Source: Rhizobiaceae bacterium
GTDB taxonomy: Bacteria; Pseudomonadota; Alphaproteobacteria; Rhizobiales; Rhizobiaceae
Assembly: GCA_014238155.1 (NCBI GenBank)
Contig: JABABQ010000033.1
Span: forward strand, 55,538 to 119,537
Direction of reading: 5' to 3'
DNA: 64,000 nucleotides
Under the pieces are notes generated by a model. It was not told the origin of the DNA. It did not search any database and saw nothing but the letters and a program-made list of their open reading frames with translations. A program made the position numbers and the translations under genes. Shown piece after piece: positions 36,744 to 46,573 of this stretch; the first letter of the stretch is position 1; every line of letters starts with the position of its first letter.

Positions 36744-37349
36744 ATGGCCGATTTGGTTTTCTCAAACATGTTCCACGCTCTTGCCAGCGCGCTTGATCAG
36801 GAGGGAGAGTGCAGCGAAAACATCGCCCGGGTCGGGGCAGATGCATTGCGCCGCCATGCCGAGAGTTCCTGCCCTGCCGAAAAGACCTCATTGGCAACTG
36901 GCGAAGAAATATTCAGCCTGTTGCAATCACCAAAGGCCCTGCCCTGTGCGGTCGAAATAACACCGTATATGGACCATTTGTCGTGGCACTATTCGGGCTA
37001 TGAAGACGGAGGCATCAGCGCCGATGTGGCGCTGCGCATGCAAACGGTTGAGCTGATCGGTGCAGACGGCATGATAGATGATCCAACCTGCCGCGTCGGT
37101 CTGTTCGCCCAGACCGCCAACACCGATTATATCATCCGCACCCACTCCGCCGAAGAATTGTTTGTGCAAATAGCCGGTGAAGCTGAATGGTATAAACAAG
37201 GCACACCTTATACAATGCGCCATCCCGGCGATCGCATGCATCACGCAAGCTATCAACCTCACGCTAGTCGCACCATCAATTCCGGCCTGCTGGCTGTTTG
37301 GGTATGGGCGGGTGACTTGGCTTATGAAAATTACAATTATCAGGGCTGA
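36744..37349 (+). CDS. DddQ-like cupin (DMSP-lyase family fold); function uncertain
   Basis: RTHSAEELFVQIAGEA and HHASYQPHA align, from memory, with DddQ WHSHQAEELYLTLAGGA and LHASWQSHA. Starts 2 nt after the MttB stop. Confidence 0.5.
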   Translation: MADLVFSNMFHALASALDQEGECSENIARVGADALRRHAESSCPAEKTSLATGEEIFSLLQSPKALPCAVEITPYMDHLSWHYSGYEDGGISADVALRMQTVELIGADGMIDDPTCRVGLFAQTANTDYIIRTHSAEELFVQIAGEAEWYKQGTPYTMRHPGDRMHHASYQPHASRTINSGLLAVWVWAGDLAYENYNYQG

Positions 37350-37376
37350 CACGCCCCCTATCTTGGAGAATACCAG

Positions 37377-39851
37377 ATGAAATCTCATGCACAGGCAGTC
37401 GTCATCGGCGGAGGCGTGGTCGGATGCTCGGTCCTCTATCACCTGACCAAGGCCGGCTGGAAGGACGTAGTCCTGCTCGAACGCGACCAGCTTACCTGTG
37501 GCTCCACATGGCATGCTGCGGGAGGCTTCCACACACTCAATGGTGACCCCAACGTGGCAAAACTCCAGGCCTATACGATCGATCTCTATGACGAGCTTGA
37601 AGCGATTTCCGGAGAAAAATGTGGCCTGCATCTGACTGGTGGTGTCGCGCTGGCGGAAAATCAGGATCGTTTGGAATGGCTAAAAATGAGCCACGCCCGC
37701 GGCCGCTATCTGGGCATGGAAACCGAGATCATTTCAACCGCCGAAGCCAAGGAAATTTTACCCCTGCTGGAAGAGGAATATTTTGTCGGCGCCATGTGGG
37801 ACCCGGTTGAAGGCCATCTCGACCCCTATGGCACAACCAATGCCTATGCCAAATCTGCCCGCATCGGCGGCGCAGAAATCGAATTGAAGTGCAAAGTTGA
37901 GGAACTCAACTGGGATGAGGCCAAATCGGTCTGGAACATCGTCACTAATAAAGGCACGCTGACAGCCGACCACGTGGTCAATGCCGGCGGTCTGTGGGCC
38001 CGCGAAGTCGGCCGCATGGTCGGCGTGGAATTGCCGGTCCTGGCAATGGAGCACCATTACCTGCTGACCGAAGCGATGCCGGAAGTTGCCGAGATTAATA
38101 AGTCGACCGGTAAGGAAGTTGTTCATGCCATTGATTTTTCCGGCGAGATTTACATTCGTCAGGAACGCGACGGCATGCTGCTTGGCACCTATGAAAAGCA
38201 GGCAACGCCCTGGTCCCCCAAAGACACGCCCTGGGATTTTGCCCAGGAACTTCTCAACCCTGATCTTGACCGTATTGCCCCGTCTCTTGAGGTCGGTTTC
38301 AAACACTTCCCGGCATTTGAGAAGGCCGGAATCCGACGCATCGTCAACGGTCCATTCACCTTTGCGCCAGACGGCAATCCGCTGGTCGGACCAGTTCGCG
38401 GGGTTCCCAATTACTGGTCGGCCTGTGCCGTGATGGCCGGTTTCTCTCAGGGTGGCGGGGTTGGCCTTGCCCTGTCCCAATGGATGGTCAATGGAGATCC
38501 GGGATACGATATCTGGGGCATGGATGTCGCGCGCTTTGGCCCGCACATTACCCGCGACTACACAAATGCCAAAGTACGCGAGAATTATTCTCGCCGCTTC
38601 CGCATTCGTTTCCCGAATGAAGAACTGCCCGCTGCCCGCCCTCACCAGACCACACCACTGTATGACGTGCATCTGGCAAATGGTGCTGTCATGGGCGATT
38701 CCTGGGGTCTGGAAACACCGCTTTGGTACGCGCCGGAGGGCGTTGAGGCGCAGGACGTTTTCTCGTTCCACCGCTCAAACGATTTTGATCACGTCAAGGC
38801 GGAGGTTCTCAATTGCCGCAACAATGTCGGGTTGACCGACATTTCCAACTTCGCCAAATATGAAATAACCGGTCCCAGCGCCCGTGAATGGCTGACCAAT
38901 GTAATGACCAACTTCATTCCAAAAACCGGCCGTCTCGCACTGACTTCGATGGTTACCCATGAAGGCATGATCAATGGTGACTTCACCATTGGCGCTGCTG
39001 GCATCGACCGCTCCGGCCCCAATAAGGGCAATGAACGGTTCCAGATGTGGGGATCAAGTCAGGCCCAAATCTATCACATGCGCTGGTTTGAACAGCACTT
39101 GCCGGAAGACGGTTCGGTACTGATCAGAAATCTCAACCTGTCGATGCTGGGGCTTTCCATTGCCGGCCCGAATGCTCAAAAGGTTCTGGCCAAACTGACC
39201 GATGAAGATGTCTCCAACGATGCCTTCAAATTTATGGATTACCGCGAAACGGTGATTGCCGGTGTTCCGGCCAAACTGAACCGCATCTCCTATTCCGGGG
39301 ATCTGGGCTATGAAATCTGGGTCGATGGGGAGCACCTGCGCCGGCTTCATGACGGTATCATGCAGGCTGGAGAAGAATTTGGCATCAAGCAGTTCGGCAT
39401 GCGGGCGCTGCTGACCATGCGGCTGGAAAAACATTTTGGCACCTGGTTCCGCGAATTCCGCCCCATCTACACGCCTTTTGAAGCTGGACTTGACCGCTTT
39501 GTCTCAAAGAAAAAGAATACTTTTGTTGGACGGGACGGCGTATTTGCCCATGCGGAAAACCCACCACTGACCCGAATCTGCATGAATGTTACCGGCGCAA
39601 CCGACGCGGACTGCATTGGTGATGAACCGATCTTTTTGGGTGACGAGGTGATTGGTTGGGTGACCTCCGGTGGCTATGGTCACTTTGTGAACCAGTCTCT
39701 TGCAACCGGCTACATCCCCACCGAACAACTTGCTGCTGCACGGCAGAATGGACTGAAAGTCGAGATTATTGGCGATATGTGCGCAGCCGAGATTCAGGAC
39801 GAACCGCCATTCGATCCGCTGGGCAAACGAATGCGCGGCGATTTCAGCTAA
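37377..39851 (+). CDS. dimethylglycine dehydrogenase-type enzyme (FAD oxidase domain plus GcvT-like folate-binding domain)
   Basis: VVIGGGVVGCSVLYHL, the covalent-FAD context GSTWHAAGG, and a C-terminal aminomethyltransferase fold (YSGDLGYEIW); 824 aa. Confidence 0.85.
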   Translation: MKSHAQAVVIGGGVVGCSVLYHLTKAGWKDVVLLERDQLTCGSTWHAAGGFHTLNGDPNVAKLQAYTIDLYDELEAISGEKCGLHLTGGVALAENQDRLEWLKMSHARGRYLGMETEIISTAEAKEILPLLEEEYFVGAMWDPVEGHLDPYGTTNAYAKSARIGGAEIELKCKVEELNWDEAKSVWNIVTNKGTLTADHVVNAGGLWAREVGRMVGVELPVLAMEHHYLLTEAMPEVAEINKSTGKEVVHAIDFSGEIYIRQERDGMLLGTYEKQATPWSPKDTPWDFAQELLNPDLDRIAPSLEVGFKHFPAFEKAGIRRIVNGPFTFAPDGNPLVGPVRGVPNYWSACAVMAGFSQGGGVGLALSQWMVNGDPGYDIWGMDVARFGPHITRDYTNAKVRENYSRRFRIRFPNEELPAARPHQTTPLYDVHLANGAVMGDSWGLETPLWYAPEGVEAQDVFSFHRSNDFDHVKAEVLNCRNNVGLTDISNFAKYEITGPSAREWLTNVMTNFIPKTGRLALTSMVTHEGMINGDFTIGAAGIDRSGPNKGNERFQMWGSSQAQIYHMRWFEQHLPEDGSVLIRNLNLSMLGLSIAGPNAQKVLAKLTDEDVSNDAFKFMDYRETVIAGVPAKLNRISYSGDLGYEIWVDGEHLRRLHDGIMQAGEEFGIKQFGMRALLTMRLEKHFGTWFREFRPIYTPFEAGLDRFVSKKKNTFVGRDGVFAHAENPPLTRICMNVTGATDADCIGDEPIFLGDEVIGWVTSGGYGHFVNQSLATGYIPTEQLAAARQNGLKVEIIGDMCAAEIQDEPPFDPLGKRMRGDFS

Positions 39852-39884
39852 AACCCTTACATCTTCAACTCAAGGAGAAGTGAA

Positions 39885-40667
39885 ATGTCCCTCGCTCAGC
39901 ATTATGCAGAAAACGGCTATGTTTCACCGGTGCAATGCATTTCGACCCAACAGGCCGCGGAGCACCGTGCCCGGTTAGAGGAGGTGGAATCGCAGTTCGG
40001 GGACCAGCATTATAAATCCAAAATGCACACCTTGCTGGATTTTGCAGCGGATCTGGCCACCGCCCCGGCCGTGCTGGATGTGGTTGAGCAAATGCTAGGG
40101 CCCGACATCATGCTGTTTGACGTCACCTATATCATCAAGGAGGCCAATTCTGCTTCCCATGTGAGCTGGCATCAGGATCTGACTTACTGGGGTCTTTCCA
40201 ATGACCAGCAGGTGTCCATGTGGCTTGCTTTGTCTGCCGCAACACCGGTATCCGGTTGCATGCGCATGGTGCCGGGCAGCCACAAACAAGGCAGACTGGA
40301 TCACGTCGACAAACAGGATATGTCGAATGTTCTGTTTCGCGGTCAGTCTGTAGATGGTGTCGCGGAAGAAACGGCTATGATGTGTCCGCTGGAGCCGGGC
40401 CAGGCCAGCTTTCATCACGGCTGGACCCTGCACGCTTCGATGCCGAATGAGAGCGACGACCGGCGCATTGGTTTTAACGTACAATATATCAACCCATCAG
40501 CGCGGCAGACATTGCACGATCTGGATACGGCGACTTTGGTACGCGGACGGGACCGGCACAATCACTACCAGCCCGACAGTTTTGCCACCGGTATCATGCA
40601 GGCCATGAACATTGAAGAACACGCCAGACTTGAAAAACGACGCAAGGAAACCTGGGCAAGCGCCTGA
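39885..40667 (+). CDS. phytanoyl-CoA dioxygenase (PhyH) family Fe(II)/2-oxoglutarate oxygenase
   Basis: WHQDLTYW (HxD facial triad), distal His (HHGWTLHAS), RIGF arginine; 260 aa. Confidence 0.75.
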   Translation: MSLAQHYAENGYVSPVQCISTQQAAEHRARLEEVESQFGDQHYKSKMHTLLDFAADLATAPAVLDVVEQMLGPDIMLFDVTYIIKEANSASHVSWHQDLTYWGLSNDQQVSMWLALSAATPVSGCMRMVPGSHKQGRLDHVDKQDMSNVLFRGQSVDGVAEETAMMCPLEPGQASFHHGWTLHASMPNESDDRRIGFNVQYINPSARQTLHDLDTATLVRGRDRHNHYQPDSFATGIMQAMNIEEHARLEKRRKETWASA

Positions 40668-40707
40668 AGCGATTCAGCATTAAATACTGTCGACCAGGGT
40701 TCGCCGC

Positions 40708-41730
40708 TTAAATCGCCGCCATCGCGAATTTACGGCGTTGGCGAAACGACACCAGCATATTGCGTTCTTCATCCCACAGGGTCAGCGGCACGCAACGTAT
40801 GCTTTCCCACAGTGTCAGGCGCCCGATGCTTTTCAACTCCGGATAGTCCCGCACAACTTTGGGCAACACATGGAACGGTATCTGACTGGAAATGTGGTGC
40901 ACATGGTGGATGCCGATATTTCCGGTCAGCCACATCAGCGGCTGCGGCAGATCATAATAGGAGCTGCCGTGCAAGGCGGTATGTTCGCGCTGCCAATCGA
41001 TATCTTTTTGCCAAACTGTCTCTTCAAACTGGTGCTGGACATAAAACAGCCACACACCGATCGTTGCGGCCAATATCGTCACCGGCAGTTGCACCATCAA
41101 GAATGCCTGCCACCCCATCCACCAGATCATCAGCACGGAATAGACCGCGATGCCAATATTTGTCGAATGAGTGCTTAAAAACGGCATCAGGTTTTTGGCC
41201 CTGCCAGTCGGCCAGCGATGGCGCAACAGGAATTGCCAGGAGGGACCAATGACAAACAATACGATTGGGTGACGATACAGCCAGTACTGAAATTTGCGCG
41301 GCTTGCTCAGCGCCATATATTCTCCGACGGTCAGCGTGTTGATGTCGCCAAACCCCCGGCGGGCAAGGTTGCCCGATCCGGCGTGATGCAATGCATGTTC
41401 ACGACGCCAGTCGTCATAGGGTGTAAATGTCAGGATACCAATGCTGCGGCCAAGCCAGTCATTTGAACTTTTTGACTTCAAAAAGGCTCCATGTCCGCAA
41501 TCATGCTGGATGGCAAACAGTCGCACCAGCATTGCCGACGTGGGCAGCGCCAATATCAAGGTAAGCCAATATCCAATCGACAGAGACCACCACATCGCGC
41601 CATAGAGGGCCACAAATGGCAGCAACGTAATACTAAGTTCAACGTAAGCGCGCACGTTGCTCGTTGCTCGATAGGCCGCCAGACGTCGACCCCATACTTT
41701 ATCGCTGGTCAAAAGACACACATCTCCCAT
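40708..41730 (-). CDS. membrane fatty-acid-desaturase-family di-iron enzyme. Start uncertain; the ORF is open to 41826.
   Basis: Three His boxes: HDCGHGAF, HALHH, HHVHH. Confidence 0.75.
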   Translation of the reverse strand: MGDVCLLTSDKVWGRRLAAYRATSNVRAYVELSITLLPFVALYGAMWWSLSIGYWLTLILALPTSAMLVRLFAIQHDCGHGAFLKSKSSNDWLGRSIGILTFTPYDDWRREHALHHAGSGNLARRGFGDINTLTVGEYMALSKPRKFQYWLYRHPIVLFVIGPSWQFLLRHRWPTGRAKNLMPFLSTHSTNIGIAVYSVLMIWWMGWQAFLMVQLPVTILAATIGVWLFYVQHQFEETVWQKDIDWQREHTALHGSSYYDLPQPLMWLTGNIGIHHVHHISSQIPFHVLPKVVRDYPELKSIGRLTLWESIRCVPLTLWDEERNMLVSFRQRRKFAMAAI

Positions 41731-41885
41731 GGGCCGAATCGTTGCCGGCTCGTATTCTAAAAAAAGGCCTAGCACAGTTAGTCCGCCAATGGGCAGTGCA
41801 ATTACATTAAATTTCAGTCTCACCAAACATTTATCACCGGGATAGCATTTTACCCCCGGTTAATCCGGTTTGGATCTGCAAAACC

Positions 41886-44717
41886 CTATCCCACCACCAG
41901 TTCTTCTATTGGCGGGCAGGTGCAAATCAGATTGCGATCCCCGTGCACATTGTCAACGCGGCTGACCGGCGGCCAGTATTTTGACCCAAGGTCAGTTCCA
42001 GCAGGATGTGCCGCCAGCGACCTTGAATAGGGGTGCTCCCACTCATCCGCCAGCAGGTCTTCGGCGGTATGCGGTGCGTTATGCAATGGATTGTTATCCT
42101 GCGGCCATTCGCCAGCCTCAATGCGCGCGGCTTCCGTGGCGATGGCAATCATCGCATCGATAAAGCGATCAATCTCCGAAAGTGGTTCAGATTCGGTCGG
42201 CTCCACCATCAGCGTTCCGGCCACCGGCCAGCTCATCGTTGGCGCATGGAACCCATAATCAATGAGCCGTTTGGCAACATCATCGACGGTCACCCCGGCA
42301 CTGTCCTTCAAGATCCGCACATCAACAATGCATTCATGGGCGCATTGTCCGTTTTTACCGGTGAACAGGATCGGATAGTGCTGGCTCAACCGATTGGCGA
42401 TATAATTCGCGCCGAGGATGGCCACCTCGCTTGCACGGCGCAATCCGCCGCCTCCCAACATGCGGATATACATCCAGGATATCGGCAAGATTGACGCTGA
42501 TCCGTCTGGTGCGGCGCTGACGGCGCCATCGCTGCCATTGGCCACGTGGCCGGGAAGATGTGGCACCAGATGAGCAGCCACACCAATGGGACCAATGCCC
42601 GGCCCGCCACCACCATGCGGGATGCAGAATGTCTTGTGCAGGTTCATATGACAGACATCGGCGCCGATATCGCCGGGACGCGCAATGCCAACCATCGCAT
42701 TGAGATTTGCACCATCAAGATAGACCTGCCCGCCATGGGCATGAATGATCTCGCAAATCTCGACGATCCGGGCTTCAAACACCCCATGAGTCGACGGATA
42801 GGTAATCATCAAGGCTGCAAGGTTGTCGCTGTATTTGGCAACTTTCTCTTCAAGATCCTTGAGCGATACGTCACCTTCTTCGTTGCATTTCACAACCACA
42901 ACGTCATAGCCCGCCATCTGGGCAGACGCCGGATTGGTGCCGTGAGCGGACGAGGGAATGATGCAGATATTACGATGTCCCTGTCCATTTGCCTCGTGGT
43001 GGGATCGAATTGCCAGAAGGCCGGCATATTCACCCTGACTGCCGGCATTGGGTTGCAGGGTGCATTTGGCGAATCCGGTGATTTCGCTCAGCCAATTATC
43101 AAGATCATCGATGATTGCCCCATAGCCAATGCGGTGCGACTTTGGTGCGAAGGGGTGGATGTTCCCGGCACATTCCCATGTCACGGGCATCATTTCTGCC
43201 GCTGCGTTGAGCTTCATTGTGCAGGAGCCCAGCGGAATCATCGCCCGGTCAAGGGCCAGATCCATGTCGGCCAGCTTGCGTAACAGGCGCATCATTTCTG
43301 TTTCTGAACGATTGGCGTGAAAGATATCCTGAGACAGGAACTGGCTCGGGTCACGCCGCGACGGCAAAGCTTCATCAGCTTGTGCCACCATTTTGACACC
43401 AAACAGGTCGCACAGACTTACCAGATCAGCCTCGGTGCTGGTTTCATCAAATGCAACACTGACGGTATCAGCATCGACAATTCGCAGCAGCAGACCAGCC
43501 GCTTCAGCCGTGGCCACAATTTCTTCTGCCTTGCCCGAAATGTGGATTGTCAGCGTATCAAAGAATTTGTCAGTGATGCTGTGTCCGCCTTTTGCCACAG
43601 ACGCAGCAAGGCGTCCGGTCAGTCCGTGTATGCGCTGGGCGATTGCCTCGAGGCCTTCCGGGCCGTGCCATATGGCGTATGCAGCTGCCATATTCGCCAG
43701 CAAAGCTTGAGCGGTACAGATATTCGACGTCGCTTTTTCACGACGGATATGTTGTTCGCGCGTTTGCAGTGCCAAACGATAGGCGGGACGGCCATGCCGG
43801 TCGATTGACTGGCCAACAAGACGTCCTGGCAACATTCGGGTTAATCCTTCGCCAACAGCCATATAGGCCGCATGCGGACCGCCATTGCCCAACGGAACAC
43901 CAAAGCGCTGCATCGAGCCGACACAGATATCAGCCCCCCATCTGCCGGGACCATCCATCAAAACCAGCGCCATCGGATCGGCACTGACAATCACCAGAGC
44001 ACCCACCTTTTTGGCGGCGTCCACGATCGAAGCCGGATCGGCAAGCGCTCCGGTCGTGTCCGGCCATTGTAAAATTACCGCCGCCACATCATCGGTGATG
44101 GCAGCGTCCAGCGAAGTTGGGTAGTCGATTGAATAATCAGCCGTTGACGCACGCGTATTCAGCACGTCCACCGTTTGCGGATGCAGCGCGCTGGCCACAA
44201 CCACCCGCGGACGCTTACCCCGGTGATGACGAAATGCCATGCCAGCAGCTTCAGCGACCGCAGTTGCTTCATCCAGCAGGGATGCATTGGCAATAGGCAG
44301 GCCGGTCAGTTCTGAAACCAGTGTCTGAAAATGGAACAACATCTCCAGCCGCCCCTGGGAAATTTCTGGCTGATACGGCGTATAGCTTGTGTACCAGGCG
44401 GGGTTTTCCAGCATATTGCGCTGGATGACCGGTGGGACATGAGTACCATGATAGCCCTGCCCTATCATCGCCTTGGCAACAATATTGCGCTCCAGTTTGT
44501 CTGAAATTTCTGCAAGCGCAGCTTCCTCCGACACGCCCTGGGGAATCTGCAGTTCGCCCTTCATGCGAATGGAATCCGGCACGGTCTGGTGAAGCAATGC
44601 TTCAATCGAAACCATATCCAGTGCGTTGAGCATGGTCCGCTGATCAGCATCAGACGGGCCAATGTGGCGGGCGACAAAAGGAGAAAGTGCGGTCATATTT
44701 GAGGGTCTTTCAGACAA
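41886..44717 (-). CDS. gcvP: glycine dehydrogenase (decarboxylating), single-chain P protein
   Basis: 943 aa, [15 protein letters not shown] and [16 protein letters not shown] (PLP Lys) motifs. Confidence 0.95.
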   Translation of the reverse strand: MSERPSNMTALSPFVARHIGPSDADQRTMLNALDMVSIEALLHQTVPDSIRMKGELQIPQGVSEEAALAEISDKLERNIVAKAMIGQGYHGTHVPPVIQRNMLENPAWYTSYTPYQPEISQGRLEMLFHFQTLVSELTGLPIANASLLDEATAVAEAAGMAFRHHRGKRPRVVVASALHPQTVDVLNTRASTADYSIDYPTSLDAAITDDVAAVILQWPDTTGALADPASIVDAAKKVGALVIVSADPMALVLMDGPGRWGADICVGSMQRFGVPLGNGGPHAAYMAVGEGLTRMLPGRLVGQSIDRHGRPAYRLALQTREQHIRREKATSNICTAQALLANMAAAYAIWHGPEGLEAIAQRIHGLTGRLAASVAKGGHSITDKFFDTLTIHISGKAEEIVATAEAAGLLLRIVDADTVSVAFDETSTEADLVSLCDLFGVKMVAQADEALPSRRDPSQFLSQDIFHANRSETEMMRLLRKLADMDLALDRAMIPLGSCTMKLNAAAEMMPVTWECAGNIHPFAPKSHRIGYGAIIDDLDNWLSEITGFAKCTLQPNAGSQGEYAGLLAIRSHHEANGQGHRNICIIPSSAHGTNPASAQMAGYDVVVVKCNEEGDVSLKDLEEKVAKYSDNLAALMITYPSTHGVFEARIVEICEIIHAHGGQVYLDGANLNAMVGIARPGDIGADVCHMNLHKTFCIPHGGGGPGIGPIGVAAHLVPHLPGHVANGSDGAVSAAPDGSASILPISWMYIRMLGGGGLRRASEVAILGANYIANRLSQHYPILFTGKNGQCAHECIVDVRILKDSAGVTVDDVAKRLIDYGFHAPTMSWPVAGTLMVEPTESEPLSEIDRFIDAMIAIATEAARIEAGEWPQDNNPLHNAPHTAEDLLADEWEHPYSRSLAAHPAGTDLGSKYWPPVSRVDNVHGDRNLICTCPPIEELVVG

Positions 44718-44729
44718 TTGGAACTTGGG

Positions 44730-45098
44730 TCAGGAAATCAGCGCCTGATAGCCATCGGCATCAAGCAGATCATCCAGTTGGCTGGTGTCATTGAGCTTCA
44801 GTTTATACAGCCAGCCATCACCTTCAGCTCCTGCATTGACCAAAGCAGCATCTTCATTGAGCTTTTCATTGACTTCGACAACGGTACCGGAAACCGGCGC
44901 ATAGACGTCGGACGCCGCCTTCACAGACTCAACCACAATGCCGTCATCACCCTGATCCAGCTCGGTGCCAATATCGGGCAGATCAACAAACACCAGATCG
45001 CCGAGTTGTTCCTGGGCGTGGTCGGTAATGCCAACAGTGGCCACATCACCATCGACGCTCAGCCATTCATGCTCGTCGGTATAATAAATCTTGCTCAT
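44730..45098 (-). CDS. gcvH: glycine cleavage H protein
   Basis: [15 protein letters not shown] lipoyl-lysine motif, 122 aa. Confidence 0.95.
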   Translation of the reverse strand: MSKIYYTDEHEWLSVDGDVATVGITDHAQEQLGDLVFVDLPDIGTELDQGDDGIVVESVKAASDVYAPVSGTVVEVNEKLNEDAALVNAGAEGDGWLYKLKLNDTSQLDDLLDADGYQALIS

Positions 45099-45110
45099 CG
45101 GTGCTTCTCC

Positions 45111-46181
45111 TTAGCGTTTATAATTATGGGGTACGAAGGGCGGCTTAACCCTCAACATGGGAATTTTCTTGCCGCGCATATCGGCAAATATCGGGGCATC
45201 TGCGGCGGCAAGGGAGACCAGCCCCATTGCCATGGGGGCTTTGAGGCTTGGGCCAAATCCACCTGATGTCACCATGCCAATTTCACTTCCGGCTTCGTCA
45301 ACAAGCACGGCTTCACCGCGAACCGGACGACCTTGCGGCAACAGTCCAACTCTCATTCGCGACCGCCCGGCGGCGATTTTGGCAGCCAGTGCATCAGCCC
45401 CGTTATAAGGTCCACCTTCGCGCAGATCTTTGGGAATGGCCCAGAGTAACCCGGCTTCATGGGGCGTTATTTCTTCGCTCAGATCCTGACCATAAAGCGG
45501 CAATCCAGCTTCCAAACGAAGTGAATCACGGGCGCCAAGACCAATCCACTCAACCCGCTGATCCGATGTCAGTTTATCGGCAAATGCGACACCGTCACCT
45601 TCCGGCATGGCAATTTCAAAACCGTCTTCTCCGGTATATCCGGTGCGCGATATAAACCAGCCGTCCGCTGGTTCCGTGGCAGTCATGAAATCCATGTCAC
45701 CAACGTCGAAATGGGACGCCAGTACCGCCTCTGCAGCCGGGCCCTGAAGCGCCACAAAGGCTCTTGGGATGATCTCCACCACCACGTCAAATTTGCTGGC
45801 AACGTCTTGAATATGCGCCACGTCCTTTTCCGCACAACCAGCATTGGCGACAATCAGATAGCGCTGATCAGCCAGCCGCGTGACGATGAGATCGTCGATA
45901 ATTCCGGCATTTTCGGTCAGCATAAATGTATATCGAGCCTGCCCTTCTGCCTGCTGATCAGCATGGTAAGGACACAGTGCAGCGACCAGCGCAGCAGCAT
46001 CTTTGCCTGACACAGACACATGAACCATGTGGGAAATATCGAACAGACCGGCACTGTGGCGGGTATGTTCATGTTCCTTCATCACGCCAAGCGGATAGAA
46101 CAGCGGCATGTCGAAACCGGCAAATGCACCCATTTTGGCGCCAGTATCAACATGGGTTTGATAAAAAGGGGTTTGTTTCAA
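45111..46181 (-). CDS. gcvT: glycine cleavage aminomethyltransferase T protein (TTG start)
   Basis: KQTPFYQTHVDTGAKMGAFAGFDMPL N-terminus, GYTGEDGFEI motif, 356 aa. Confidence 0.9.
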   Translation of the reverse strand: MKQTPFYQTHVDTGAKMGAFAGFDMPLFYPLGVMKEHEHTRHSAGLFDISHMVHVSVSGKDAAALVAALCPYHADQQAEGQARYTFMLTENAGIIDDLIVTRLADQRYLIVANAGCAEKDVAHIQDVASKFDVVVEIIPRAFVALQGPAAEAVLASHFDVGDMDFMTATEPADGWFISRTGYTGEDGFEIAMPEGDGVAFADKLTSDQRVEWIGLGARDSLRLEAGLPLYGQDLSEEITPHEAGLLWAIPKDLREGGPYNGADALAAKIAAGRSRMRVGLLPQGRPVRGEAVLVDEAGSEIGMVTSGGFGPSLKAPMAMGLVSLAAADAPIFADMRGKKIPMLRVKPPFVPHNYKR

Positions 46182-46231
46182 AACAGGCTCCAGACATTTA
46201 AAGGCACACGCCCACTTGTGTGGGCATGCCC

Positions 46232-46425
46232 CCTCTGTCCTTGGCCTGAGAGACTCGCTGCAGAAGAAACCTCTCCTGAGCTTACACCGTCGGCGCAGGC
46301 CTGTGGGCCTGACTTTCCAGAGTGCTTCGGATCCAACGATCCACAGTCAGCGGTCCTTTTGCCTGAGAGATTATGGGTATTTTCACCTTCGGCGGCGGCT
46401 GCAATTGAACCACCCTCTCCCACTG
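46232..46425 (-). promoter_or_regulatory. tandem glycine riboswitch
   Basis: Minus strand, aptamer 1: GGGAGAG ... CGCCGAAGGUGAAAA ... AAUCUCUCAGGCAAAAGGACCG. Aptamer 2: CUCUGGAAAG ... CGCCGACGGUGUAAGC ... GUCUCUCAGGCCAAGGACAGAG. Directly upstream of gcvT. Confidence 0.9.
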
Positions 46426-46573
46426 AATGTCCGGTTCGCACCGGCCAGCAACAATTAGCTAGTACAATTGGATGCGTCTGTCACCCTACAATTTCGCGAT
46501 CAGAAGTGACGCTTTTTCAACAGCGCAGCGCTGAATTCCAACTCAAACTCAGTTCAATAGCGGGAGCGAAGTC

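Noticed and set aside
37758-38771. 337-aa minus-strand ORF
   Set aside because: It is antisense to the DMGDH-type gene and has no motifs.
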